Assembly (NCBI GenBank): GCA_043827325.1
Contig: JBDRPF010000021.1
Coordinates: 2,255 to 66,254, forward strand
Length of the DNA stretch: 64,000 bases
Direction of reading: 5' to 3'
Source of the DNA: Pseudomonadota bacterium
GTDB taxonomy: Bacteria > Desulfobacterota > Desulfobacteria > Desulfobacterales > UBA11574
Position 1 is the first letter of the stretch. Each line of letters starts with the position of its first letter. A model generated the notes under the pieces. That model saw nothing but the letters and a program-made list of their open reading frames with translations. It was not told where the DNA came from and searched no databases. Both the position numbers and the translations under genes were made by a program. Shown here piece after piece: positions 10,307-20,042 of this stretch.

Positions 10307-11272
10307 CTATCCTTTTAATTTTTTAATCTCTTGTGTGATCAGCGGTACAATCTCGAAAAGATCCCCGACAACGCCGTAATCCGCTTTTGACAATATCGGC
10401 GCTTCCGGATCTTTGTTCACGGCCACGATAACCTTTGACGACGACATGCCGGCAAGATGCTGGATTGCGCCGGATATCCCGCAGGCGACGTAGAGATTCG
10501 GAGAAACGACCTTTCCGGTCTGGCCCACCTGGTCCGAGTGGGGGCGCCACCCCTCATCGACGGCGGATCGCGATGCGCCCACAGCGCCGCCCAGCACCTC
10601 GGCCAGTTCCTCTATCAATGAATAATCGGCGCCGCCCATTCCTCTGCCGCCGGACACCACAATATCGGCCTCGGTGAGTTCGAGCTTGCCGGTATCCAGC
10701 TTTTTCTCAATCAATTTCAATTCGGCTTTTCCGGTATCCACCTCAACCTTCTCAACTTTCGCGGTTCCGCCGGTTTCCATGATGGGCATGGCGTTCGGTC
10801 GGATCGCCACGATTTGAGGTTCGCCCTTCATTGTCACGTCCGCCAGAATTTTTCCGCCATACATTGGACGTGAAACAACGAGCGTGTCGCCTTCGATGCG
10901 AATGGACAGGCAATCCATGGCAAGCGGTGCCTCGATCCGGGCGCTGAGCCGGGCGGAGAGTTCCTTGCCCTGGGTGGACGCGCCCAATATAACGATGCCG
11001 GGTTTTTCTTTTCGAATTACCCCTGCGGTTACCGTGGTATAGATATCGTTCACATATTCACGAAGGGCCTCGCTTTCGGCAACAAGTATTTTGTTTGCTC
11101 CGTATTTTTCGAGTGTTTTCGAGACGTCTTCGATACCCGACCCTAAAACCAGGGCCGTCAAATCGGTACCCAGCTGATCGGCAATGCGCCGTCCCTCACT
11201 CAATGCCTCGTAGGTTATCTTTCTGAAAACACCGCCTGTCTGTTCCGTAATGACAAGTACTCCGCGTGACAT
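10307..11272 (-). CDS. etfA: electron transfer flavoprotein alpha subunit
   Basis: 321 aa. C-terminal FAD-binding region GASRSAVDEGW...QVGQTGKVVSPNLYVACGISGAIQH. Confidence 0.92.
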   Translation of the reverse strand: MSRGVLVITEQTGGVFRKITYEALSEGRRIADQLGTDLTALVLGSGIEDVSKTLEKYGANKILVAESEALREYVNDIYTTVTAGVIRKEKPGIVILGASTQGKELSARLSARIEAPLAMDCLSIRIEGDTLVVSRPMYGGKILADVTMKGEPQIVAIRPNAMPIMETGGTAKVEKVEVDTGKAELKLIEKKLDTGKLELTEADIVVSGGRGMGGADYSLIEELAEVLGGAVGASRSAVDEGWRPHSDQVGQTGKVVSPNLYVACGISGAIQHLAGMSSSKVIVAVNKDPEAPILSKADYGVVGDLFEIVPLITQEIKKLKG

Positions 11273-11310
11273 AATATTCTCCTGGTATGACCGTAATTAA
11301 ATGTTTCGGG

Positions 11311-12114
11311 CTATACGACCCGGGCCTCTTCGTGCAACGCCTTTACGAGCGCTGCCGCTTTCTCCTGCGGAGAGCCGCCTTCTATCCGTCGTCCGCCCTT
11401 TCTCTCCGGCGGATACGCCATTGCCGTTATTTGGGTCATCGGCGATTCGAACTGCCCGGAATCGAGCCCGACGTCTGCAACGGTTTTAATGTCGATCGGC
11501 TTTTTCTTGGCCTTCATAATCCCCGGCAGTGAGGCATAGCGGGGTTCGTTCAAACCGCGCTGGGTGGTAAAAAGGGCGGGCAGCGGCGCCTCGAGCACGA
11601 CAATGCCCCCTTCAACGGTCCGGTGGCATATGATCTTGCCGTCGGCGATCTCTGCTTTTACCACCATGGATATATGGGGAATATTTAAATATTCCGCCAC
11701 AGCCGGCCCCACCTGATACGCATCGTCGTCCACGGCCCGCATCCCGGCAATAATCAGGTCGAAGGGCATCTCCTTCAGGGCTGCTGCAAGAATTCGCGCC
11801 AGGCCCAATCCATCGCACCCCCGGGCAACGGGATCATTGATCAGGACCCCTTTATCCGCCCCCATTGCCAGCGCGGTTCGTATCGCTTCAACCGTTTTAT
11901 CCGTTCCGATGGAAAGAACGGTCACCATCCCTCCGCCGGCCTCCTTGATCCGAAGGGCTTCTTCGATCGCAAACTCATCATAGGGGTTGATGACCCACTT
12001 AAGATCATCGGTTTTTATGGATTTTCCATCATCGGATATCACGATATACGACTCTGTCGCGGGAACCTGTTTCAACAATACAACAATCTCCACTTTCGGC
12101 ACCTTTCCTTTCAA
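11311..12114 (-). CDS. etfB: electron transfer flavoprotein beta subunit
   Basis: 267 aa in the ORF track, which begins at a TTG. The likely true start is the GTG at 12093 (VEIVVLLKQVP), preceded by AGGAAAGG. Confidence 0.9.
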   Translation of the reverse strand: MKGKVPKVEIVVLLKQVPATESYIVISDDGKSIKTDDLKWVINPYDEFAIEEALRIKEAGGGMVTVLSIGTDKTVEAIRTALAMGADKGVLINDPVARGCDGLGLARILAAALKEMPFDLIIAGMRAVDDDAYQVGPAVAEYLNIPHISMVVKAEIADGKIICHRTVEGGIVVLEAPLPALFTTQRGLNEPRYASLPGIMKAKKKPIDIKTVADVGLDSGQFESPMTQITAMAYPPERKGGRRIEGGSPQEKAAALVKALHEEARVV

Positions 12115-12117
12115 GTA

Positions 12118-12430
12118 AAGAATCCGAGCCCAGAGGACCCGGCTTTGATTCGCCCCTTGAAGGGGCTGATATCTTATAACCCTATAAGCTTGGAGTGCCT
12201 AAAGTTAATGAATGCGCTTTCAGCGCATGCCAGTTCTGGTCTCAATTGGCTTTTCCAGGCCACACACAGGGACTTTAGTTTGCTTCTAATCCGGCTTTTT
12301 TAAATTGCCGGAGCGCAGCGACTCATAAACTTTAGGCACTTTAAACTTTAGTTCACTTTAGTCACTTGCCGGGTTACGCCTCGGCATAGCCGGACATCTC
12401 TAGCCTGACCCAAAGGACCAGGTGTTTAAG
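12118..12430 (-). repeat. intergenic repeat element, copy A (ACTTTAG/CTAAAGT-rich, conserved hairpin)
   Basis: Shares ordered blocks with 42121-42418. These include the identical 22-mer cactttaaactttagttcactt (12337-12358 vs 42322-42343), tgcctaaagtta blocks, and a gCCCCttgaaGGGGc hairpin next to the downstream start codon. Confidence 0.8.
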
Positions 12431-12518
12431 GACTGAATGAACTAGCTGCGCCAAAAAAAATAAAACAAAAATGATAATAACCCTTTCAAATCATTGGATT
12501 TCACTTTTGTTGAAGAGT

Positions 12519-12547
12519 AAAATACATGACTAGCCTTTTATTGTCAA
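12519..12547 (-). promoter_or_regulatory. candidate sigma70-type promoter for etfBA (long leader)
   Basis: The minus strand reads TTGACA (12547-12542), 17 nt, then TATTTT (12524-12519). If used, the whole repeat element A would be transcribed as a leader of about 400 nt. Confidence 0.3.
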
Positions 12548-12562
12548 CGGTAAATATTTCGG

Positions 12563-15500
12563 TTACGACGACACGGCCTTCTCAAGCGCCGCACCGGACC
12601 GGGCAAGGAGATCTGCCGCACTTTCGTCAGCTTCGCAATCAAAACCGGCCACGCCGATATCAACGGTCAGCTTGATCCCGTCGATCTCCAAACGTTTCGC
12701 CAGCAGCAGATCCCTGAGTCGAGTGCAGACCGGTTCGGCCTGCTGAACCGATGTCTGGGGCATAAGCAGCGCAAACGTCCGGTCGTCAAGACGACCCAGC
12801 GCGTCGCTCTTCCGTATCAGGCAGGACAGGGTCTCGCCCATGGACCGGAAGTTGCGTTCCTTGATGTCGTATTGCAAGTTCGGGTCGGAAAACTCCAGTC
12901 CTATTCCCATCAAACAGAGTGAAAGCTTCTCCTTGTATCGTCTGGATCGGTGGGTTTCGGTCTCGACCATCTTCAAAAACCCTTTTCGGTTATACCAGCC
13001 CGTAATATCGTCCACGATGCTTCCTTCGGCAATACACTGGTTGGCGGCCTCCAGCCGGTCACAGAGAATCGTCATGAGATTGAAAAAAAATTTTTGCGCT
13101 GTCGGCGGAAAAAGCCATTGCAGCCTTTTGATCATTTTCAGGTTAATCTGAAGGTATTCCCCGGATTCGACGGCGATGACCGTTGCAGACCGCGGGGCCG
13201 ATCGAAGAAGACCCATTTCACCCAGCATGTCGCCGGCCGCCAGACGTGCGATCCGTTTTTGGACGTCAAGGGACTGGTCCGCCGTGTCAGTCAACGGATC
13301 GATGATGTCCATGGACCCGGAGATGATCGCGCACATGGAATCGCTCGTATCGCCCTTGTGAAACAGAACCTCTCCGGCATTGATGGTTTTCAGCATTCCG
13401 GCCATGATGATGTAGTGAACTTCCGTCCGGGACAATCCCTTGAACAGCGGGATGCCGTATCCGGGTTCCTTTCCGAGCTTCAGGCGGATCAGGTCCCACA
13501 GGGTCACGATCTCTACGCGCTGCATCAGGGACGGGAGCAGAACAAGATCTCCGACCAGCGCCGAAACCATGGTGATCACCATCATGACGCCGAAAATCGC
13601 GGTGGGTTTGAAACTCGAAAAGACGAGGATGGAAAATCCCGCACTTATGGTCAGTGTCGTGAAAATGATCGGCCGCCCCATGTGCAAAATAGCCTCCCGG
13701 AGCGCTCGCTTGTTGTCAAGGTCCTTTTTGAATTCCCGGTTGTATCGAACCATGTAGTGAATGGTGTCGTCCACGGCCAGACCGATGGCAATACTGGCAA
13801 CAAGGCTTGTCACCATGGAGAGTTCAACCCCGAACCAGCCCATGATGCCGAAATTGATGACAATCGGAAACAGGTTCGGCACGATGGCGATGAGCCCCAC
13901 TTTGCTCGACAGGAATAAAAGAAACATAATCCCAAAAACCAGGATCATGGTAATCGAGAGGCTTTTAACCTGTCCGGCTGTCAGTTGACGGCTGCTTTCC
14001 GAAATAACCATACCGAAGCCGGTCACATCCCATTTCAGGTCTTTTGAAAAGTTCCGCCTTGCAAAATCGAGGATTTTGTCACGGGTTTCAAGAAATTCCC
14101 GTGAGCTTGAAATGTGCGTTAAGAGAAGAATATTCGCTTTTGAAAAATCCGGCTTCATGAACCGCAAAAACATGTCTTCGCCGAGCATGATGCGGTAGCT
14201 GTTGATCAGCATCCTCACCTCGAATCCTTCCTGGGGCAGGGCATAGTACTTTGATTCAAATCGGTTGGAGGCATAGTTTACCAGCTGCATGTAGTCGGCA
14301 AAAGACACGGTTTTGTCCACTCCCGGCAGTGTATCGATGAATTTCTGAATGCGGGCGATATCCGCGATATGGCCGGGATCTTCAAAATAGTCCTCCTCTC
14401 CGCCCTCCATCACCACATTGATGGGAAAGCTTCCCGACAGGTCCTGATAAATGTCATGGAAATTTCGGCTTACCTCGGTATTTTTCTTGAAGTAGCCCAC
14501 CGGGTTGGTTTCGACACGAATTTGAAATATGCCGATGATACAGAGAATGACGATGATCCCGATTACCGGGAAGGTAATCCGCTGATAATCCAGATTGATA
14601 CGAACGATCCAGTCCAAAAAACGGTCGAACACATTTGCCGTGCCGGAGGGTTCCTCAACGCCCTTTTTCGGCAGGGGGATGAGGGACATCGCCGCCGGGA
14701 GCAGCGTAAAAAGAATAATCCCGAAGCTGAATATCCCCATGCAGGAAAAGACGGCAAACTCCCGGATGGTGGGTATCCGGTTGACCAGCAGGGACCCGAG
14801 ACCGATCATGGTTGTAAAAATAGCCAGTACCGTGGGCAAAAATATGACGGAAAATGTGGAAACCGCCGCCGCCGCGGGAGAATCCGCAAGCCTCACCTGG
14901 ACGAGATACTCGGATACAATATGGAGACAGTACGCCGTCCCCACGGCAATGAGAAAGACCGGGACGATCATGGTCAGCATGGACAACGGGATGCGGGTCA
15001 GGGCCATGAATCCAAAGGTCCAGATCAGTGCAAATGATACGCAGGTGAGGGGCAGAATCAGGTATAATAATTTTCGGTAAATAAAAAACAGAACAACAGC
15101 CATGAGCAGGGCGGTAATCGGCGGCAGCGTAAAAAAATCCTTTTCCGTCAGCCGGGCCAGCGCCTGGGAAACGAGCGGCATGCCGATCTGGTACAGGGAA
15201 AGGTCCTTTGCCGCACTGCCGATCATTTCTTCCACGGCCTGAATCACAAAATCGGGATCGGCGTCGTCTGCCAGAACCAGGGTGAGGACCGTGGTTTTAT
15301 GATCCGCAGACAAAAGATTCCGCCGGAACAGATCCACTTCCTCCAGAACATTGGCAAGCTTTTCCAGGCTCCATTTACCGCTGACATCAACGGCCTTTCG
15401 AATCCCCGGAAGACCGATGACGCGGCGTATCCCCTTGATGCTGGATGCCGTCTCCGAAAGCTGCTCGATTTTCGTAAAGGTTGCGGGATCGAAAACATTC

Positions 15501-15748
15501 CCGCACTTGATCACGACCCGGACAATCTCGTCGGATCCGAACACGTTTTTAAATTCCTGGTAGCGGGCTGTTTCAGGAAGATCCTCGATGACGAGATCAT
15601 ATATCGATGTTTTAAAGGAGAGGCGCGGTATGTGCCAAGCAAAGAACACAGTGATCGCAACGACAGTCAGGATGACCGCCGTTGGATGGCGAATCAAGCG
15701 TTCGAGTATCGCGCGGAAGGAGAGCTTTTGGAGTAAACTTTTAAACAT
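12563..15748 (-). CDS. RND-superfamily (MMPL/COG1033-type) exporter fused to a cNMP-binding domain and a degenerate GGDEF domain
   Basis: 1061 aa. Two 6-TM bundles with large loops are followed by a cyclic-nucleotide-binding fold (IPLFKGLSRTEV...GDMLGEMGLLRSAPRSATV). A GGDEF-like domain follows (DDITGWYNRKGF...): GGDEF is replaced by DDRTF, while RKSD (RxxD) sits five residues upstream. Confidence 0.8.
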   Translation of the reverse strand: MFKSLLQKLSFRAILERLIRHPTAVILTVVAITVFFAWHIPRLSFKTSIYDLVIEDLPETARYQEFKNVFGSDEIVRVVIKCGNVFDPATFTKIEQLSETASSIKGIRRVIGLPGIRKAVDVSGKWSLEKLANVLEEVDLFRRNLLSADHKTTVLTLVLADDADPDFVIQAVEEMIGSAAKDLSLYQIGMPLVSQALARLTEKDFFTLPPITALLMAVVLFFIYRKLLYLILPLTCVSFALIWTFGFMALTRIPLSMLTMIVPVFLIAVGTAYCLHIVSEYLVQVRLADSPAAAAVSTFSVIFLPTVLAIFTTMIGLGSLLVNRIPTIREFAVFSCMGIFSFGIILFTLLPAAMSLIPLPKKGVEEPSGTANVFDRFLDWIVRINLDYQRITFPVIGIIVILCIIGIFQIRVETNPVGYFKKNTEVSRNFHDIYQDLSGSFPINVVMEGGEEDYFEDPGHIADIARIQKFIDTLPGVDKTVSFADYMQLVNYASNRFESKYYALPQEGFEVRMLINSYRIMLGEDMFLRFMKPDFSKANILLLTHISSSREFLETRDKILDFARRNFSKDLKWDVTGFGMVISESSRQLTAGQVKSLSITMILVFGIMFLLFLSSKVGLIAIVPNLFPIVINFGIMGWFGVELSMVTSLVASIAIGLAVDDTIHYMVRYNREFKKDLDNKRALREAILHMGRPIIFTTLTISAGFSILVFSSFKPTAIFGVMMVITMVSALVGDLVLLPSLMQRVEIVTLWDLIRLKLGKEPGYGIPLFKGLSRTEVHYIIMAGMLKTINAGEVLFHKGDTSDSMCAIISGSMDIIDPLTDTADQSLDVQKRIARLAAGDMLGEMGLLRSAPRSATVIAVESGEYLQINLKMIKRLQWLFPPTAQKFFFNLMTILCDRLEAANQCIAEGSIVDDITGWYNRKGFLKMVETETHRSRRYKEKLSLCLMGIGLEFSDPNLQYDIKERNFRSMGETLSCLIRKSDALGRLDDRTFALLMPQTSVQQAEPVCTRLRDLLLAKRLEIDGIKLTVDIGVAGFDCEADESAADLLARSGAALEKAVSS

Positions 15749-15867
15749 CGGCAGGCGGTATCCTGTTTGCTGTGTTGAAAAATGAATCCTCCTGCAATTA
15801 CTAAAAGAAATTTATAATATAGGCCCGCGTTTATGTCAAACCATACCGCTTCGAACAGACAAATAAC

Positions 15868-16905
15868 TCATGAACTGTTCGGGATAAAACCTTTTGAGCG
15901 ATGGTCCGCCAGGGTTCCGTCTTTTTCCTGAACGACAACAAGACCTTCCGTGCGATCCAGTCTGTTTATCAGTTCAATGCCCCGCTCATGCCCCATCACC
16001 ATCACCGCGGTTGCAAGCCCGTCTGCGAATGTGCAGTTGTCTGAAAGGATGGATACGCTCACCACGCCGTTTGTCACCGGATATCCGGTTCTCGGGTCCA
16101 GTATGTGGGAAAATCGCTTTCCGTCAACTTCGAAAAAATTTCTGTAATCCCCGCTCGTGGCAAGGGCCTTGTCCTGCAAGGCTACGGCTGTATAGACCTG
16201 TGTGAAGGCCGCCTCTTTCAGGGGCATGTTGATGCCGACCCGCCAGTTCTCGCCGTCTTCCCGGCGACCGGATGCAAAAACCTCCCCGCCGATCTCGACC
16301 AGGAAATTGTCGATTCCATTTTCCCGGAGGGTTTGGGAGATCTGATCCACGCCATATCCCTTGGCGATGGAACCGAGATCAAGCGATATCGGAACACGAT
16401 GCTTGATCAGATGTCCGTCGTCCGAAATTTCAATGTGCCTGAAACCGATTTCCTCTAAAAGGCGAACAATGTCGTCCCTTTCCGGAACGCGCCATTCCGT
16501 GCTGCGACTTCCAAATCCCCAGAGGTCCACCAGCGGCTTCACGGTACCGTCCCACGCGCCTCCGGTCAGCTCGTATAATTTTTCGGCAACCTTCAGGACT
16601 TGAATAAAATCGTCGGAAACAGAAAATTTTTCCCCGACGGCATTTTCGGCGTTGAATCTGCTGATTTCACTGTCCTTTAAAAACGTGGACATGCTCCTGT
16701 TTATATCTTCGAGCCGCTTTTCTATGGCACCTTCTATCGCTTTCAAATTCTTAAAATACCCGACAACAACCTTCACATGATAGGTTGTTCCCATGGTCTT
16801 TCCGGAAATCTGCACCTCTTTCTTCGACCCGCAGCCGATAAGCGTTAAGACTAAAAACATGAAACAGGCGCTTTTAATACCTTTTGAAATTGTATGATTT
16901 AACAT
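15868..16905 (-). CDS. apbE: FAD:protein FMN transferase (ApbE family lipoprotein)
   Basis: 345 aa. Lipobox LIGCGS plus GKTMGTTYHVKV, SIAKGYGVDQ and ATSGDYRNFF motifs. Confidence 0.9.
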   Translation of the reverse strand: MLNHTISKGIKSACFMFLVLTLIGCGSKKEVQISGKTMGTTYHVKVVVGYFKNLKAIEGAIEKRLEDINRSMSTFLKDSEISRFNAENAVGEKFSVSDDFIQVLKVAEKLYELTGGAWDGTVKPLVDLWGFGSRSTEWRVPERDDIVRLLEEIGFRHIEISDDGHLIKHRVPISLDLGSIAKGYGVDQISQTLRENGIDNFLVEIGGEVFASGRREDGENWRVGINMPLKEAAFTQVYTAVALQDKALATSGDYRNFFEVDGKRFSHILDPRTGYPVTNGVVSVSILSDNCTFADGLATAVMVMGHERGIELINRLDRTEGLVVVQEKDGTLADHRSKGFIPNSS

Positions 16906-16918
16906 TTAATATCTTTCT

Positions 16919-17929
16919 TCAACAAATCCTCGGCAACTGATCCCCGGTCAGCATGTCAACGATACGCGTCCCGCCGATGCGGGTTTTCATAAACACCCTG
17001 CCGGGATGATCCTCAACCACTTCTCCGATGATACAGGCCGCCTTTCCACAGATGTCTTCACGAATGGCGGCAAGGACTTTTTCCGCATCTTTCGGCGCCA
17101 CAAAGGCAAGAAGTTTTCCTTCGTTGGCAACGTAAAGCGGATCAAAGCCCAGCAATTCACATATTCCGGCCACTTCATCCTTAACCGGAATCTTTCCTTC
17201 GTGAATCAGGACTCCGACCCCGGAGCTGACGGCAATCTCGTTCAAAGCGGTCCCCACGCCTCCCCGCGTCGGGTCGCGAAGCACGTGGACATGGTTGCTC
17301 ACGGACAGCATCCGCGCAACCATATGATTCAAGGCAACCGTGTCGCTGGTGATTGCCGAATCGAACGTCAGGCCTTCTCTCTGCGTCAACACGGCAACGC
17401 CGTGATCCGCGATACTGCCGCTCAAAATGACCCTGTCTCCCGGACGCGCGTTGCGGCTCGAGATATCGACATTGTCCGGTATCCTTCCGATCCCGGAGGT
17501 GTTGATAAAGATCTTGTCCACGGCGCCCTTCGGCACGACCTTGGTGTCCCCGGTAATCACCTGAACCCCCGCATGTCGAGCGGCGATTTTCATACTGTTC
17601 AGAATATCGCGCAGGTCCATGATGGCGAAACCCTCTTCGATAATCAACCCCGTGCTCAAATACAGCGGGGTTGCGCCGCACATGGCCAGATCGTTGACGG
17701 TTCCGTTTATGGCCAGGTCGCCGATGTTTCCCCCCGGGAAAAAAATAGGGTCCACCACATAGCTGTCCGTGGAAAAGGCCAGGCGCTTTCCTTCAATATC
17801 AAATATCGCGCCGTCGTGAAGCTGGGAGAGGATCTCGTTGTCGAATGCCGGAAGCATGACATCCGCGATCAGACGGTGGGACATTTTCCCTCCGCTGCCG
17901 TGATCCAGGAGGATTTTATCTTTTTTCAT
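16919..17929 (-). CDS. hypE: hydrogenase maturation protein HypE
   Basis: 336 aa. AIR-synthase-like fold with N-terminal LDHGSGG and the characteristic C-terminal PRIC. Confidence 0.93.
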   Translation of the reverse strand: MKKDKILLDHGSGGKMSHRLIADVMLPAFDNEILSQLHDGAIFDIEGKRLAFSTDSYVVDPIFFPGGNIGDLAINGTVNDLAMCGATPLYLSTGLIIEEGFAIMDLRDILNSMKIAARHAGVQVITGDTKVVPKGAVDKIFINTSGIGRIPDNVDISSRNARPGDRVILSGSIADHGVAVLTQREGLTFDSAITSDTVALNHMVARMLSVSNHVHVLRDPTRGGVGTALNEIAVSSGVGVLIHEGKIPVKDEVAGICELLGFDPLYVANEGKLLAFVAPKDAEKVLAAIREDICGKAACIIGEVVEDHPGRVFMKTRIGGTRIVDMLTGDQLPRIC

Positions 17930-17961
17930 CGCAATACCTTATTTTCATTCTTTGTAACTTC

Positions 17962-18996
17962 TCAATAGCCTCGGGCAAAAGGCGAGTAGTATGATCCCCG
18001 TCCTTTTCCATGGAGAACAAGTTTTTCTGTTCGTGCAAGGTACTGAAGGTGCTTTTTTGCCGTGTTGCGGTTAATTTGAAGCACTTTTGTAACAAAGGAT
18101 ACCGTTACCCGCCCGTGTTCTTTGGCAAGATTTAAAATTCGTATCGACACATCAGGCAGTGCATGGGCGATTTTTTCCCGCTCGATTTTTTTAAGTAAAA
18201 GGTCTTTTTGGTTTTTAAGCATTTCCAGAAAGAACGCTGTCCAAATCTCGGGCGACATTTCACCGGATCCCAATTCCTTTTGCGCCATTCTCAAGGTTAG
18301 ATAATATTTGTCCTTATTCGCTTCAACAATGCTTTCATGAGAACTGTATTGCACATATGTATAGCCGCTGCGAAGCAATAAAAGGTTGGTCAACACTCGG
18401 GAAAGGCGACCATTGCCGTCCTGAAACGGATGGATCGCAAGGAATCGGACAATAAAATCAGCAACGGTTATTAAGGGATGTGTATCAACGTCTTTCAAGT
18501 TCTTATGGGTAGCCGACACCAAGGCGTTCATCATTTGAGGCGTCTCAAAGGGAGATGCGGTATCAAAAAGAATTCCAATCTCACGGCCGTCAGCGTCAAA
18601 AGCAGCCACATGATTCGGATGTTTCTTATACTCTCCCAGGTGCCAGGTATCCTTGTCTGAAAACTTGAGCAAAACTTTATGGAGATACTTTATATTGTTT
18701 TCGGTTAAATCGATTTCATCATAAGATTCCTGTACGAGCAGTAACGCTTCGGCGTATCCGGCAACCTCTTGTTCATCACGGCTTCTAAAAGAGTGCGCAC
18801 GGATTCCTTTTATAATTGCCGAAACTTCCGAATCGGTGACCCGGGCACCTTCAATTCGGGTTGAGGACCCAATGGATTCAATCGTTGCAAGGGTTCGAAG
18901 GCTTGCAAGAAAATCAACGGAAAGCGTAGCCATACCCTTCCATAATCCCTTAAATTCATCGATTTCGGCAATCAGCCGTATAATGCGTGGTGTCAT
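17962..18996 (-). CDS. Fic family protein (class II, intramolecular inhibitory helix, C-terminal wHTH)
   Basis: 344 aa. Active-site motif HPFQDGNGRLSR. The N-terminal STRIEG fits the [ST]xxxE[GN] inhibitory motif. Confidence 0.88.
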   Translation of the reverse strand: MTPRIIRLIAEIDEFKGLWKGMATLSVDFLASLRTLATIESIGSSTRIEGARVTDSEVSAIIKGIRAHSFRSRDEQEVAGYAEALLLVQESYDEIDLTENNIKYLHKVLLKFSDKDTWHLGEYKKHPNHVAAFDADGREIGILFDTASPFETPQMMNALVSATHKNLKDVDTHPLITVADFIVRFLAIHPFQDGNGRLSRVLTNLLLLRSGYTYVQYSSHESIVEANKDKYYLTLRMAQKELGSGEMSPEIWTAFFLEMLKNQKDLLLKKIEREKIAHALPDVSIRILNLAKEHGRVTVSFVTKVLQINRNTAKKHLQYLARTEKLVLHGKGRGSYYSPFARGY

Positions 18997-19346
18997 GCGC
19001 CCTTTTCGAGACCAGATATTTCACGAAACATTATCCAATTTTATATCCATTTATACCCAAAAAGAGTGCGAAGTCAAGAAAATTGGATATAATTGGATAA
19101 ATAAACGGATAAAAGCGTGACTGCAGCCAAGAGCGTCTCTCGAATATTGCGTAATAATGCGCAACTTATTTTATGGTTTAATTGCGTATTGTTGCGCATT
19201 TTATAGGATCGGAGAAAAATCGAGATAGATGCCCCGGAAAGGATTTGGCACGAATAAAAATTGCTATTGTCAGAAAATCTTTAAAGTTAAATTACATCCC
19301 CATCCCGAAAACATCTATTTTTCAATATGTTATTCTATATCTGTTT

Positions 19347-19982
19347 TCAGGCATTAAAACCGTCGAATAAGCTGAGTTGTTTGTCGTTTTCTATTTTCCT
19401 CTTTTTCTTTTCTTCAGCTATCTTGCGGTTGGTCTCCGCACGTCTTGTCTTTTTCTCTTCTTTGAACCGTCGCTGTTTTTCCAGGAATTGTTCAATTTTC
19501 TTTGTATCTTCTTCGTCAGCTAACTCATACACGATATCCAGTTCCGGCAACATATTTTTAGGGAAGATCAAACCATTGGATAGCTCAACAAAAGTCAGAG
19601 CGTCAGTAATTTCCGGGCTGCAAAAGCCTTCAGCCCCCGGTCCGAGATTGCAGCTTTTTTCAATTTGAGTGGCCTTGGTGCCGACAGTCGATTTCTTTGT
19701 CCCAAAGAAATCACATATTGTATCCGCTGTAAGAAAAAATTCATTTTCCACATCAAACAAAAAATTTAAGCGGGCAATCACATAGACAATTGCGGCAGCC
19801 CATATTTCTTTTTTGCCGCGGGTAATGGAAATCTTCCGCTTTTGTCCTAACATATCGCAAAGCTTAAAGGCGTAGCCGTAGATTTCATCATCCAAGTGTT
19901 CTTCGCAAAAGGCCAGTACCAACCCTTTGATTTCTTCGAGTCGTTGCTTTTTATCAGCTATTCTTTCATTCACTTGCATCAC
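19347..19982 (-). CDS. DUF6398-like protein with K/E-rich tail ending in a QLSLF beta-clamp-binding-type motif
   Basis: 211 aa. The core RGKKEIWAAAIVYVIARLNFLFD resembles DUF6398. The C-terminus is ...EEKKKRKIENDKQLSLFDGFNA. Confidence 0.6.
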   Translation of the reverse strand: MMQVNERIADKKQRLEEIKGLVLAFCEEHLDDEIYGYAFKLCDMLGQKRKISITRGKKEIWAAAIVYVIARLNFLFDVENEFFLTADTICDFFGTKKSTVGTKATQIEKSCNLGPGAEGFCSPEITDALTFVELSNGLIFPKNMLPELDIVYELADEEDTKKIEQFLEKQRRFKEEKKTRRAETNRKIAEEKKKRKIENDKQLSLFDGFNA

Positions 19983-20042
19983 CCTATCGTTTCTGCAAAA
20001 TACGCTTCATCCCAGATTTCAACATTGCCGCCAAATTTCTCT

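Noticed and set aside
12328-12367. Tandem TAAAGT/ACTTTAG repeats considered as a CRISPR-like or minisatellite array.
   Set aside because: The units are only 6-8 nt with irregular spacing of 7-10 nt and no spacer-like unique segments. I treat them as part of a larger dispersed intergenic element instead.
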